NCBI GenBank assembly: GCA_963826535.1
Contig: CAWGXL010000001.1
Location: 78,336 to 142,335, forward strand
DNA: 64,000 bases
Source of the DNA: an uncultured bacterium
Lineage (GTDB): Bacteria; Patescibacteriota; Microgenomatia; Levybacterales; UBA12049
Direction: 5' to 3'
Position 1 is the first letter of the stretch; each line of letters begins with the position of its first letter. Both the position numbers and the translations under genes were made by a program. Shown piece after piece: positions 48,639 to 57,314 of this stretch. The notes beneath the pieces are model-generated. The model saw only the letters and a list, made by a program, of their open reading frames with translations, was not told the origin of the DNA and ran no database searches.

Positions 48639-50732
48639 ATGACACTACAAACTCCTCTGACGCAAGCAGACAGACTCCACAAAATGTACGCCAAACGACT
48701 CGAAAAATTAGGGATCACAACACTTGAAGACTTTTTATATCATTTGCCTAGTCGCTATGAAGACTATTCGGTAATTTCAAAAATCAGCCAGGTCCAGCAG
48801 GGGGAAACAGTCACAATTCAGGGTAAAGTGCTCGTTGCCAAAAATCAATATCTCCGCAACGCTAGAATAAGAACTATTCAAAAAGCAACTATTATTGATG
48901 AAACAGGAAATATAGAACTTACCTGGTTTAACCAACCATTCCTTATAAATTCGCTCCAAAAAAACAGCAGAATATCCGTGTCCGGTAGAGTTGAGAAATC
49001 AAAAAATAAATTATACATGCAGTCTCCGGAATTCGAAATTCTTTTAAATGACCGGACAAATCCCATACACACCGGTCGCTTAATTCCGGTTTATCCTGAA
49101 ACCAAAGGTGTTACGTCTAAATGGCTCCGCCGCCAAATCCACAAAATCCTACAGGATTATAAAATTGAACTCCAGGAATATCTTCCTCCGGAAATCATCC
49201 GGAAATTCCGCTTTTTGAGCTTTGCGCAGGCAATTCAGGAAATCCATTTCCCCAAAGACTTTGAGCTTGCATCACTTGCCAGAGACCGTTTGAGTTTTGA
49301 CGAATTATTCCTTCTCCAACTGGCAAGTATCAAAAGACGCGATGAATGGCAGCATATCAAAACAGGAAACCCATTAGAAATAGAAAAATATCAAAACGAA
49401 CTTAATAAATTTATTGCATCTCTCCCTTTTATATTAACCAACGCCCAACAACGAGCGGTTAAAGAAATACTTAATAACCTTAAGCAAAATAAACAAATGA
49501 ATAGACTACTTCAAGGAGACGTGGGAAGCGGAAAAACAGTCGTCGCCGCAATCGCGATGTACGCTGCATACCTGAATAACTACCAGTCAATATTTTTAGC
49601 ACCAACAGAGATTTTAGCGCAGCAGCATTTTGCAACAATCACCAAACTCTTATCACCGTTAGGAGTAAAAGTTGACTTAGTAACCGGAAGCAAAAAAAGT
49701 ATAAAGAATCAAGAAGTAACTATTAAGCCAAAAAATGCTAAAAAAATACTTAATACTAAATACTTAATACATAATACCAATGTCTTAGTTGGCACTCATG
49801 CTCTATTAAATGAAAAAATAAAACTTGATAATCTTGCCCTGGTTGTCATAGATGAACAGCAACGTTTTGGAGTTGAGCAAAGAGGCCTTATACGCAAAAA
49901 AGGAGAAAACACCCATTTATTGACCATGACCGCGACCCCGATTCCGCGAACTGTTGCGCTAACTATGTACGGCGACTTAGACTTGTCTTACCTCAACGAA
50001 ATGCCAATTGGTAGGAAAAAAGTAAAAACCTGGCTTGTACCGGTAGAAAAAAGAGAAGGAGCATATAACTGGATCAGGAAACAAATCAAAGAAACCAATT
50101 CCCAAACGTTTATAATTTGCCCTTTCATCGAAGAATCCGAAAGCATGCAGACAGTCAAAGCCGCAGCCATTGAATACGAATACTTAAAAAAAGAGGTCTT
50201 TCCGGATCTCAAACTCGGCTTACTCCACGGAAAATTGAAGCCCATTGAAAAAGAACAAACCATGCATGATTTCAAAAATAAAAAGACCGACATTCTGGTC
50301 GCTACTCCTGTTGTTGAAGTAGGTATCGATATTCCGAATGCTACTATAATTCTGATTGAAGCATCAGAGCGCTTCGGACTTGCTCAACTGCACCAACTCA
50401 GAGGGAGAGTGGGCAGGGGAGAGAAACAATCATTCTGCTTACTTTTTTCCGGGTCGCAAAACGATCAAACTACCAAACGCCTCAAAGCTTTAGAATCAAT
50501 CTATTCAGGTGCTGAACTTGCCGAATTAGACCTAAAGCTTCGCGGACCGGGGGATTTATACGGCACGGCACAACATGGAATACCCAAATTAAAAGTTGCT
50601 TCTTTTTCTGACACACAACTTATCCAACAAGCCAAAAATGTTGCTGATGAAATTTTCCCTAATTTATCAACCTATCCGCGTCTTGAACAAAAAATAAACA
50701 CCCTGACTCGAAAAAAAGTTTCCCCTGATTAA
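48639..50732 (+). CDS. recG: ATP-dependent DNA helicase RecG
   Basis: QGDVGSGKT, DEQQRFG, MTATPIPR, QLRGRVGR, DLKLRGPG. Confidence 0.97.
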   Translation: MTLQTPLTQADRLHKMYAKRLEKLGITTLEDFLYHLPSRYEDYSVISKISQVQQGETVTIQGKVLVAKNQYLRNARIRTIQKATIIDETGNIELTWFNQPFLINSLQKNSRISVSGRVEKSKNKLYMQSPEFEILLNDRTNPIHTGRLIPVYPETKGVTSKWLRRQIHKILQDYKIELQEYLPPEIIRKFRFLSFAQAIQEIHFPKDFELASLARDRLSFDELFLLQLASIKRRDEWQHIKTGNPLEIEKYQNELNKFIASLPFILTNAQQRAVKEILNNLKQNKQMNRLLQGDVGSGKTVVAAIAMYAAYLNNYQSIFLAPTEILAQQHFATITKLLSPLGVKVDLVTGSKKSIKNQEVTIKPKNAKKILNTKYLIHNTNVLVGTHALLNEKIKLDNLALVVIDEQQRFGVEQRGLIRKKGENTHLLTMTATPIPRTVALTMYGDLDLSYLNEMPIGRKKVKTWLVPVEKREGAYNWIRKQIKETNSQTFIICPFIEESESMQTVKAAAIEYEYLKKEVFPDLKLGLLHGKLKPIEKEQTMHDFKNKKTDILVATPVVEVGIDIPNATIILIEASERFGLAQLHQLRGRVGRGEKQSFCLLFSGSQNDQTTKRLKALESIYSGAELAELDLKLRGPGDLYGTAQHGIPKLKVASFSDTQLIQQAKNVADEIFPNLSTYPRLEQKINTLTRKKVSPD

Positions 50733-51009
50733 AGTCAGTTTTGTTTCCATCTCGTCCAATAAAAAGTATAATCCCTGTCAAGCATGATAGTAAAAACTAA
50801 TGTATTCTCTTTAATTAATTAGAAGGAAGGTGATCAGTATTACACTCAACAAATTGCGTTTAAGACACTTAAAAATATATATGAACTTTTACTATCAGTA
50901 TCTTCCAAGAATCATAAAATATCAAAAACCAAAAACTGCTCTACTAAAAAATGGGGTAAAAGAAATAGTAATTAAAGGAGGTAGGTCAATACGAAATTAA
51001 ATTTATTAA

Positions 51010-51699
51010 TTATTTTAAAACCAATATCACGGCTTCTGCGATTTCTTTCATTGTTTTTCGCTTCGCCATTGCTTCCTTCCGCAGATAATGATAAGCCTCG
51101 CTCTCGCTAATATTCCGTACATTCATTAGTATTCCCTTTGCTTCCTCTATAATTTGTCGGGCTTGCAATTTATCTTCCAGCTGACCAACTCTCCTCTCTA
51201 AAATAATATTCGCGAATGCTGAAGCGATAATCTTAACAATTGCCTCGATGCTCTGAATTTGCTGATTAGAAAATGAGTAGGGGAGTTTACTTTGAAAATT
51301 TATAACGCCTACAACACCATTCTCATCAAAAATTGGTACAGACAAAAAACCTTCAAACTTATCTTCAGGTAATTCTTTAAAAAATTTAAACCGGGGATCC
51401 TTATATGCTTCTTTCGCGAGAACTACAGTTTTTCCATGCACAACAACCCATCCGGTAATACCCTCACCTTTTTTCATAGTAATATGACCCAACAGTTCAT
51501 CATGCCGCCTTTTAGAGCCAACTAAAATTAATTCTTTTCGCTCCCGGTCATAAAAATAAATCAAACACGCATCAACGGGAATAACTTGATTAACCACCTT
51601 AATAAGCTTCTGTAAAAACTCATTAAAATCATAATGATTGAATACAACCAAATCTGATAAAAGACCAATAATAGTAAACCAGGGAACCGGCTTTTCCAT
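51010..51699 (-). CDS. GAF + ANTAR RNA-binding regulator
   Basis: GEGITGWV, FLSVPI; RQIIEEAKGILM...EAYHYLRKEAM...MKEIAEAV. Confidence 0.92.
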   Translation of the reverse strand: MEKPVPWFTIIGLLSDLVVFNHYDFNEFLQKLIKVVNQVIPVDACLIYFYDRERKELILVGSKRRHDELLGHITMKKGEGITGWVVVHGKTVVLAKEAYKDPRFKFFKELPEDKFEGFLSVPIFDENGVVGVINFQSKLPYSFSNQQIQSIEAIVKIIASAFANIILERRVGQLEDKLQARQIIEEAKGILMNVRNISESEAYHYLRKEAMAKRKTMKEIAEAVILVLK

Positions 51700-51784
51700 A
51701 CAAGAAGTCGATTATAATACATGAGGCTTTGATTGACAATGTAAAATATTAAAAGCACTAATTATTTCCAATATATCATACAAA

Positions 51785-51916
51785 GCGGGGAGTGTGCTTT
51801 TTCGTAGGAATGAATAATAAATTAAAATCTACTTAAATGTGTAGATATACTAATTCTTAGGCACCAATATTTCAAATAGTAAAAGGTACGATGACGAGAA
51901 AAAGCGCATTCCTCGC
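51785..51916 (+). ncRNA. Candidate structured ncRNA (rod-like, possibly 6S-like)
   Basis: 19-bp closing helix with three G.U pairs valid only on the + strand; apical ATCTAC/GTAGAT hairpin; TATCAT just upstream. Confidence 0.45.
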
Positions 51917-51948
51917 GACAGAATCAAGAAGCTTTCAAAGCTTGGGAA

Positions 51949-53283
51949 TTATCTCTCCATTACTCTAACTAAACCTTTAATAGCATCTACCTCAACAAAG
52001 TCTCCATCATGCAATATTTGAGTTATATGCATAACACCAACTATACAAGGAATTTTAAACTCACGGCTAAGTATCGAAACATGCGCAGTCACACCGCCCT
52101 CTTCCGCCACTATTGCAGCTGCCTTATGGATTATTAACAGATAATCAGGAGTGGTATTACAAACAACCAATATATCACCTTCCTGAAATTTAGCAAAATC
52201 AGACTGACCTAGAACAATTTTAACTTTTCCATAAGCTTTCCCCTTTGCAGTTACCCGGCCCTTTAACTCCGTTATTCCCTTTAGCTTTAGATACGTTGAC
52301 CGAAATTCTTCAGCAGAATCTCCTCTTTTAATAACAAATCCCTCAGGCCTGCCAATAAATAATAACTGCTTTCTATCTCTAATTTGATTAAAATCTACCT
52401 TCCTATCTTCAAATACATCTACTATTTCCATCGGCAGGAAATACCTTAATAGCTCACTTTCAATTCCATGCTCGACAGACCACTTATCCCACAACTGATT
52501 AAAATTACCAAGCAACCTATTGATCAAAAATTTAGCCGAATCTTTAAGATATGCTGACTCCTGTGCTAATCGGATGAGAGATTGTTCATCCTTATTATAT
52601 GAATCGAATTTAATTTCTTTGTGATCTACATTTAAATCTTTTATATGTGTATTCTGATCCAACGACTTTAATCGCTTTAACTCGGCTATGTACCAGCTTT
52701 GTTCTTTAGGTTTTTCATTATAATACCCTCCATATAGCCAGCGGTAGCGGTCATAAATCTGCTCTAATATTCGGTCCTCAACTTTATTTGCAGTATGATT
52801 ATTAGCTAAACCAATTAATTCTCGCTCCTCGGCAATCGCAGCAGCCGGCTTAGTTGGTTGGGCAAATAATCCGATCTCCTCATCGCTTAAAAAACTCTTG
52901 AGTTGGGGTAATAACCCATGATCAATACCTCGAAGAATAGTTGGCAGCCGGAATGCTCTTATTACACATTCTATATAATCACGGGCATCAAAATTTTTAT
53001 TTGAATTAAAAAGTTCAGGAATAAAACTTTCAATAGCTAAAATTTCCCCTTCAATGAGATTAATTTTGTCCCGGTAATATTCAACATACTGCTCAAATTC
53101 ATTTTTTTTATAAATCCAATAAAAAGATACTAGATTATTCTTAAGGTCAATTACTTGGCCAACAAAGTGGGGGAGTCTTTTATCAATTAGAGAAAACTGC
53201 TGAGCAAAAATATAGATGGTATATGCATAGCACCATCTCTGACCAATAAGGTCATATCTATATTGACTATAATTAAGACTCAT
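51949..53283 (-). CDS. Stand-alone helical + PEP-utiliser phospho-His module protein
   Basis: GKVKIV, GDILV, TTP, EEGGVTAHVSILSRE, GDFVEVDA; no ATP-grasp. Confidence 0.85.
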   Translation of the reverse strand: MSLNYSQYRYDLIGQRWCYAYTIYIFAQQFSLIDKRLPHFVGQVIDLKNNLVSFYWIYKKNEFEQYVEYYRDKINLIEGEILAIESFIPELFNSNKNFDARDYIECVIRAFRLPTILRGIDHGLLPQLKSFLSDEEIGLFAQPTKPAAAIAEERELIGLANNHTANKVEDRILEQIYDRYRWLYGGYYNEKPKEQSWYIAELKRLKSLDQNTHIKDLNVDHKEIKFDSYNKDEQSLIRLAQESAYLKDSAKFLINRLLGNFNQLWDKWSVEHGIESELLRYFLPMEIVDVFEDRKVDFNQIRDRKQLLFIGRPEGFVIKRGDSAEEFRSTYLKLKGITELKGRVTAKGKAYGKVKIVLGQSDFAKFQEGDILVVCNTTPDYLLIIHKAAAIVAEEGGVTAHVSILSREFKIPCIVGVMHITQILHDGDFVEVDAIKGLVRVMER

Positions 53284-53459
53284 ACACTCTCCTGAACATT
53301 ACGACACCCGCCGCTGCATTTATCTTGACGAAATCACTGTCATTAAGTATATCATTAGTTTCACGCGACACACCTGTCTCCACTTTACTTTTATCACCGA
53401 AAAAGATATTATATTTCTCACTATTTGCCTTCCAATAGAGTGATTAAGGAAAAACAAAT

Positions 53460-54368
53460 ATGACCTTTCTCGAAAAATACAATCTTCTAAAAAAATCTGT
53501 CCCCGTTTCAGCGATAACAATTGACACCGCTACAATTGATTGTGAATATGTCGATTATGCTAATAGAAGTAAAAATTGTTATTACTGTTTTAACGCAAAT
53601 AAACTTGAAAATAGTGTGTATACGATCATGGGATGGGGCAATAAATTAGATGATTGCATTTCAGTAACAGAATCTGAAAAATGTTACCAGTGTGTTGACT
53701 GCACTAAGTGTTTCGATTCTACATATCTAATAGATTGTAATAATTCAACTGAGTGCCATTTTTCAGCGTTTCTAAATTCCTGCACTGATTGTTTCGGCTG
53801 TGTCGCCATAACACACAAAAAGTATTGTATCTTTAATAAACAATATACGAAAGAAGAATATTTTAAAAAGGTTGAGAAGTTAATAAATGAAAAGCCGGAA
53901 AAGATTCTAGCCCAAATGTTTGAATTAAAAAAACAAATACCACATCCGGCAAGCCAACAATTCAACAGCGAAAACTGTCCTTATGGTGACTATGTATATG
54001 ATTCAAAGAATTGTTATTTGAGTTTTAACATATATTATGTTGAAAATTCGGGGTATATTTTTACAAGCGGTACTATTAAAAATTCATGGGATTTATATTT
54101 TTCCGGAGGATATAGGGCAAGAGGAACAATTTCCGACCGGTGTTATGAACAGGTAAATTCCGCAGAATGCTACGACTCTGCATTTCTTGATTCATGCCAA
54201 GGCTGCACAAATTGCTATTACAGCGCAAGTCTCATTAACTGCTCAGACTGCCTCGGGTGTGTTGGATTAAAAAATAAAAAGTATTGCATTTTAAATAATC
54301 AGCTAACCAAACTGTCGTATGAAAAAGCAGTAAAAGAAATTAAAAAAGAGCTTGGATGGAAAGGTTAA
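53460..54368 (+). CDS. Cys-rich repeat protein of unknown function
   Basis: Many CxxC repeats; duplicated DCFGCV...KKYCIFNKQY / DCLGCV...KKYCILNNQL. Confidence 0.75.
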   Translation: MTFLEKYNLLKKSVPVSAITIDTATIDCEYVDYANRSKNCYYCFNANKLENSVYTIMGWGNKLDDCISVTESEKCYQCVDCTKCFDSTYLIDCNNSTECHFSAFLNSCTDCFGCVAITHKKYCIFNKQYTKEEYFKKVEKLINEKPEKILAQMFELKKQIPHPASQQFNSENCPYGDYVYDSKNCYLSFNIYYVENSGYIFTSGTIKNSWDLYFSGGYRARGTISDRCYEQVNSAECYDSAFLDSCQGCTNCYYSASLINCSDCLGCVGLKNKKYCILNNQLTKLSYEKAVKEIKKELGWKG

Positions 54369-54641
54369 AGTCTAACCAATGCCCGCCTTAGTATACATTC
54401 CTGATGTAAAAGCCCCCGCCCCGTTTTCCCTCTGCTATAAAAAGGGGTGCGCGAAAATCAACATCATAGTATCTAGAAATAAACGGCGGGAAACAACCCG
54501 GAGCAAAAAATGAACAAAAAAATGGAGAGAAATGCCCTTCCTGCTTGATGATATTCTCCGGCCGCACTTGCCGGATAAACCTATCCTCAGCTCTTATTTT
54601 TATTGCCATTTGAACACTATAATTTCACCGCATTCCCATTA

Positions 54642-56345
54642 TTAACGAGGATTCTGAATCCTTGAATAAACCTGTGTTCCGCCTTTGTAGACTCTTTCTA
54701 TTGTACCTTCTAGCTCTGCTATCTTATCCGCATTATATGTAACATCAGATTCTCCCTCAGCAAGCTTTCTAAGAAGTGAAGGATTGGCAACAATAATATC
54801 CGCCTTATGTCCTGCCTTCATCAAACCTCTTTCATCCCCCTCAAATTGCGCAGTAGTAACCGTGGATGCCAACAGTGCTTGTGTTAAAGATAAACGCTGT
54901 TGCTCCTCAGGGGCATGAGTCGCAAGATATATAGCATAAAGCATGCTATCACTCATTCCTGCTTCACCGTCAGTCCCAAACATCATGGGAATTCCCGCAT
55001 TCACAATCTCCTGATGCGGACAAATCCAGCGTGTCCTATCGCCCAACCGGTCTTTATAAACATAATCCAATAAGAAATTGGGCTGGGGTACCACCCAGAT
55101 ACCCAAATCTTTAACTCTTCTTAATGTTTTCTCAATTGGCAACGGTAATTCAAAATGTTCAATTCTAAATCTTATAGGATCAATTTCACCGCTACGCCCC
55201 TTTTCAATCCATTTCTGCGCAACATTTAGAGACCGTTGAATACCTGCATCGCCAATTGCATGAATTGCCACATTAGACAGTCCATGTTCACGGGCAAGCT
55301 TTATGCCCTCATTCATTTGCCTGACTGTATCATAAAAAATTCCATGACCGCTTTTACCCCCATGTTGATGATCTTCGTATTCCTCGCTCATCTTAGCTGT
55401 ATGAGAACCAAAACTGCCATCAGCAAGAAGTTTAATTCCCGCTATCTGGGGAAATTCTGTTTGATCTAATAATCCCGCCCTCTCTAGTGAAGGCATTAAC
55501 TTTCCTATTTCTACTAACTGTTCCGGCCGCAAATGAAATCGGGTTACAGGAAATTCTAATCCTTTTTCTCCCCATCTTTTTCTACTTCTAAGTGCTGCGA
55601 TAAACTGATTATTTGTTAAAGCTAGTAAGTCATGCATTGACGTAATGCCTTGTGTTAGATACCCCTCGACTTGTGTATCAATTGCCTGCTCAATATTTTC
55701 TATAGAGTATGCAGCCTCGGCAACCTCTATCGCTTTTATGGCATATCCTTCAGAAAAAGTCCCGTCTCTCTTAAAACTACCGGCTGGCTTTTGACTCGAT
55801 TGTTTGGCAAGAATACGCAATTTTTCGCCCATTCTATTAGATATAACCCCTGCATGAAATGAATTGTCAAAAACCAACACATCTCTATTAGGAGCAATCC
55901 TCTCCAAATCAACATTAGTAAGGTCTTTCACCTTGGTTGTATCAAGCCCTATCAAAACTAGAGGTTTTGTTGGGTCTTCTTTCTCTTTAGCCATTCGCCC
56001 AAGTTTTCTAAGCACATCGGCTTTTTCCATACGCGAAACATCACCTGTTCCGACCAACTTTAGGAATGCGAAATCTAACGGATGTTGGTGAGCATCAGTT
56101 AGTCCTGCAAGTACAGCACCGCCTTCGACTCGCTCTCCAACCATATTTCCTTTCTCTTTCCTTTCCGCGTCAAGCCAATCCCGTACATCATCCGGAGGAC
56201 CTACCTTTACAATCCTTCTAATTCTGGGGTCAACCACAACCTGCGTTTCCCGAAGCATCTCACCACCCGAAACAACCGTTTCAGGTGCAAGAAGGGTGAA
56301 ACCTCTATCTCTGCTGGAAATTCCTTGGGATTCTTCTGCACTCAT
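54642..56345 (-). CDS. Amidohydrolase-3 (YtcJ-like) metal-dependent hydrolase
   Basis: DAHQH, IKLLADGS, IHAIGD, RIEH, FGTD, GHKADI. Confidence 0.88.
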   Translation of the reverse strand: MSAEESQGISSRDRGFTLLAPETVVSGGEMLRETQVVVDPRIRRIVKVGPPDDVRDWLDAERKEKGNMVGERVEGGAVLAGLTDAHQHPLDFAFLKLVGTGDVSRMEKADVLRKLGRMAKEKEDPTKPLVLIGLDTTKVKDLTNVDLERIAPNRDVLVFDNSFHAGVISNRMGEKLRILAKQSSQKPAGSFKRDGTFSEGYAIKAIEVAEAAYSIENIEQAIDTQVEGYLTQGITSMHDLLALTNNQFIAALRSRKRWGEKGLEFPVTRFHLRPEQLVEIGKLMPSLERAGLLDQTEFPQIAGIKLLADGSFGSHTAKMSEEYEDHQHGGKSGHGIFYDTVRQMNEGIKLAREHGLSNVAIHAIGDAGIQRSLNVAQKWIEKGRSGEIDPIRFRIEHFELPLPIEKTLRRVKDLGIWVVPQPNFLLDYVYKDRLGDRTRWICPHQEIVNAGIPMMFGTDGEAGMSDSMLYAIYLATHAPEEQQRLSLTQALLASTVTTAQFEGDERGLMKAGHKADIIVANPSLLRKLAEGESDVTYNADKIAELEGTIERVYKGGTQVYSRIQNPR

Positions 56346-56350
56346 AATAT

Positions 56351-57310
56351 TTATTTCACATCTATTTTAAGAAGATAGGTGATTAGTGCCATATTGCAAT
56401 ATACCATATCCTCCATAATAGCTTTACCAATCATTCTTGAGTCACTATCTGTCTCTTTAAGAGCAACTAACCGGCCATCAGTTGTCGCGCGCGGTTCACC
56501 GACCAATATCATCGCGTCTTTCCGGACACGAGCCAGTTTTTTATTTGAGAAAGGAACGAATTTTTTATTGAAAGCGTCGACCAGCTTAGGATCTTCTCCT
56601 GATTGCGGAAGCCCTTCTATAATCCACAAGAGGTCAACTTTATCAATGAAATTCTCCAATTTTTCCTGCTTGTAAGTTGAACCGTTTGCCACGACCGTTT
56701 TTCGGATATGATCGGGAAGTTTGAATTCCGGAATTACCGAATCCTCAAAGAATTCTACACCAAACCGGCTCATAACTTTCACGCCGGCTTTTGCCGGGCG
56801 GGATGACTTGCTCATACCAAATAATCCTACCTTGAGACCCTTTAGAGTTCCGCGCTTTTTTATAACTATATTACTGAAAACAATGCCTCCTATAGAGTGC
56901 TCTTCGCCCCCGCACATCGCGTTGATCAAGGGAACCCGGAAACCTTTTTTTGCGAAATCGGTAAGATCCAATTCTTTATGCCGCACCGCCATGACATCGC
57001 ATAAAGGCGCGACTCCATGCAGGGTATCAGATAGATCTTCCTCCCCGGTTTCCAAATACGTTCCTTTAATTCCCGCGATTCCAAACCATCCTCCGCCCAA
57101 CCGTATTATCGCAGCTTGCAAACTTGTGGAAGTACGAGTGCTTTCTTGAAAAAACATCGTCGCGATAACTCTTCCAGGACATAAGTGGGTAAAATTCTTC
57201 CCTGCTTTTATTCCCTTCTCAAATATCGACGCCCTACGAAAAACCTCTTTATATTCCTTAGTGGTCAAATCCTCTGTTCTTGTAAAATGCTTCATATACT
57301 CAACTCTCAA
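56351..57310 (-). CDS. Divergent aspartate/ornithine carbamoyltransferase-family protein
   Basis: FFQESTRT, EDLSDT, AVRH, PLINA retained; acceptor-site motifs altered. Confidence 0.8.
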   Translation of the reverse strand: MRVEYMKHFTRTEDLTTKEYKEVFRRASIFEKGIKAGKNFTHLCPGRVIATMFFQESTRTSTSLQAAIIRLGGGWFGIAGIKGTYLETGEEDLSDTLHGVAPLCDVMAVRHKELDLTDFAKKGFRVPLINAMCGGEEHSIGGIVFSNIVIKKRGTLKGLKVGLFGMSKSSRPAKAGVKVMSRFGVEFFEDSVIPEFKLPDHIRKTVVANGSTYKQEKLENFIDKVDLLWIIEGLPQSGEDPKLVDAFNKKFVPFSNKKLARVRKDAMILVGEPRATTDGRLVALKETDSDSRMIGKAIMEDMVYCNMALITYLLKIDVK

Positions 57311-57314
57311 TTAA

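Noticed and set aside
56351-57310. Calling the transcarbamylase pyrB or argF
   Set aside because: HPTQ, HPLP and acceptor motifs missing; no pathway context.
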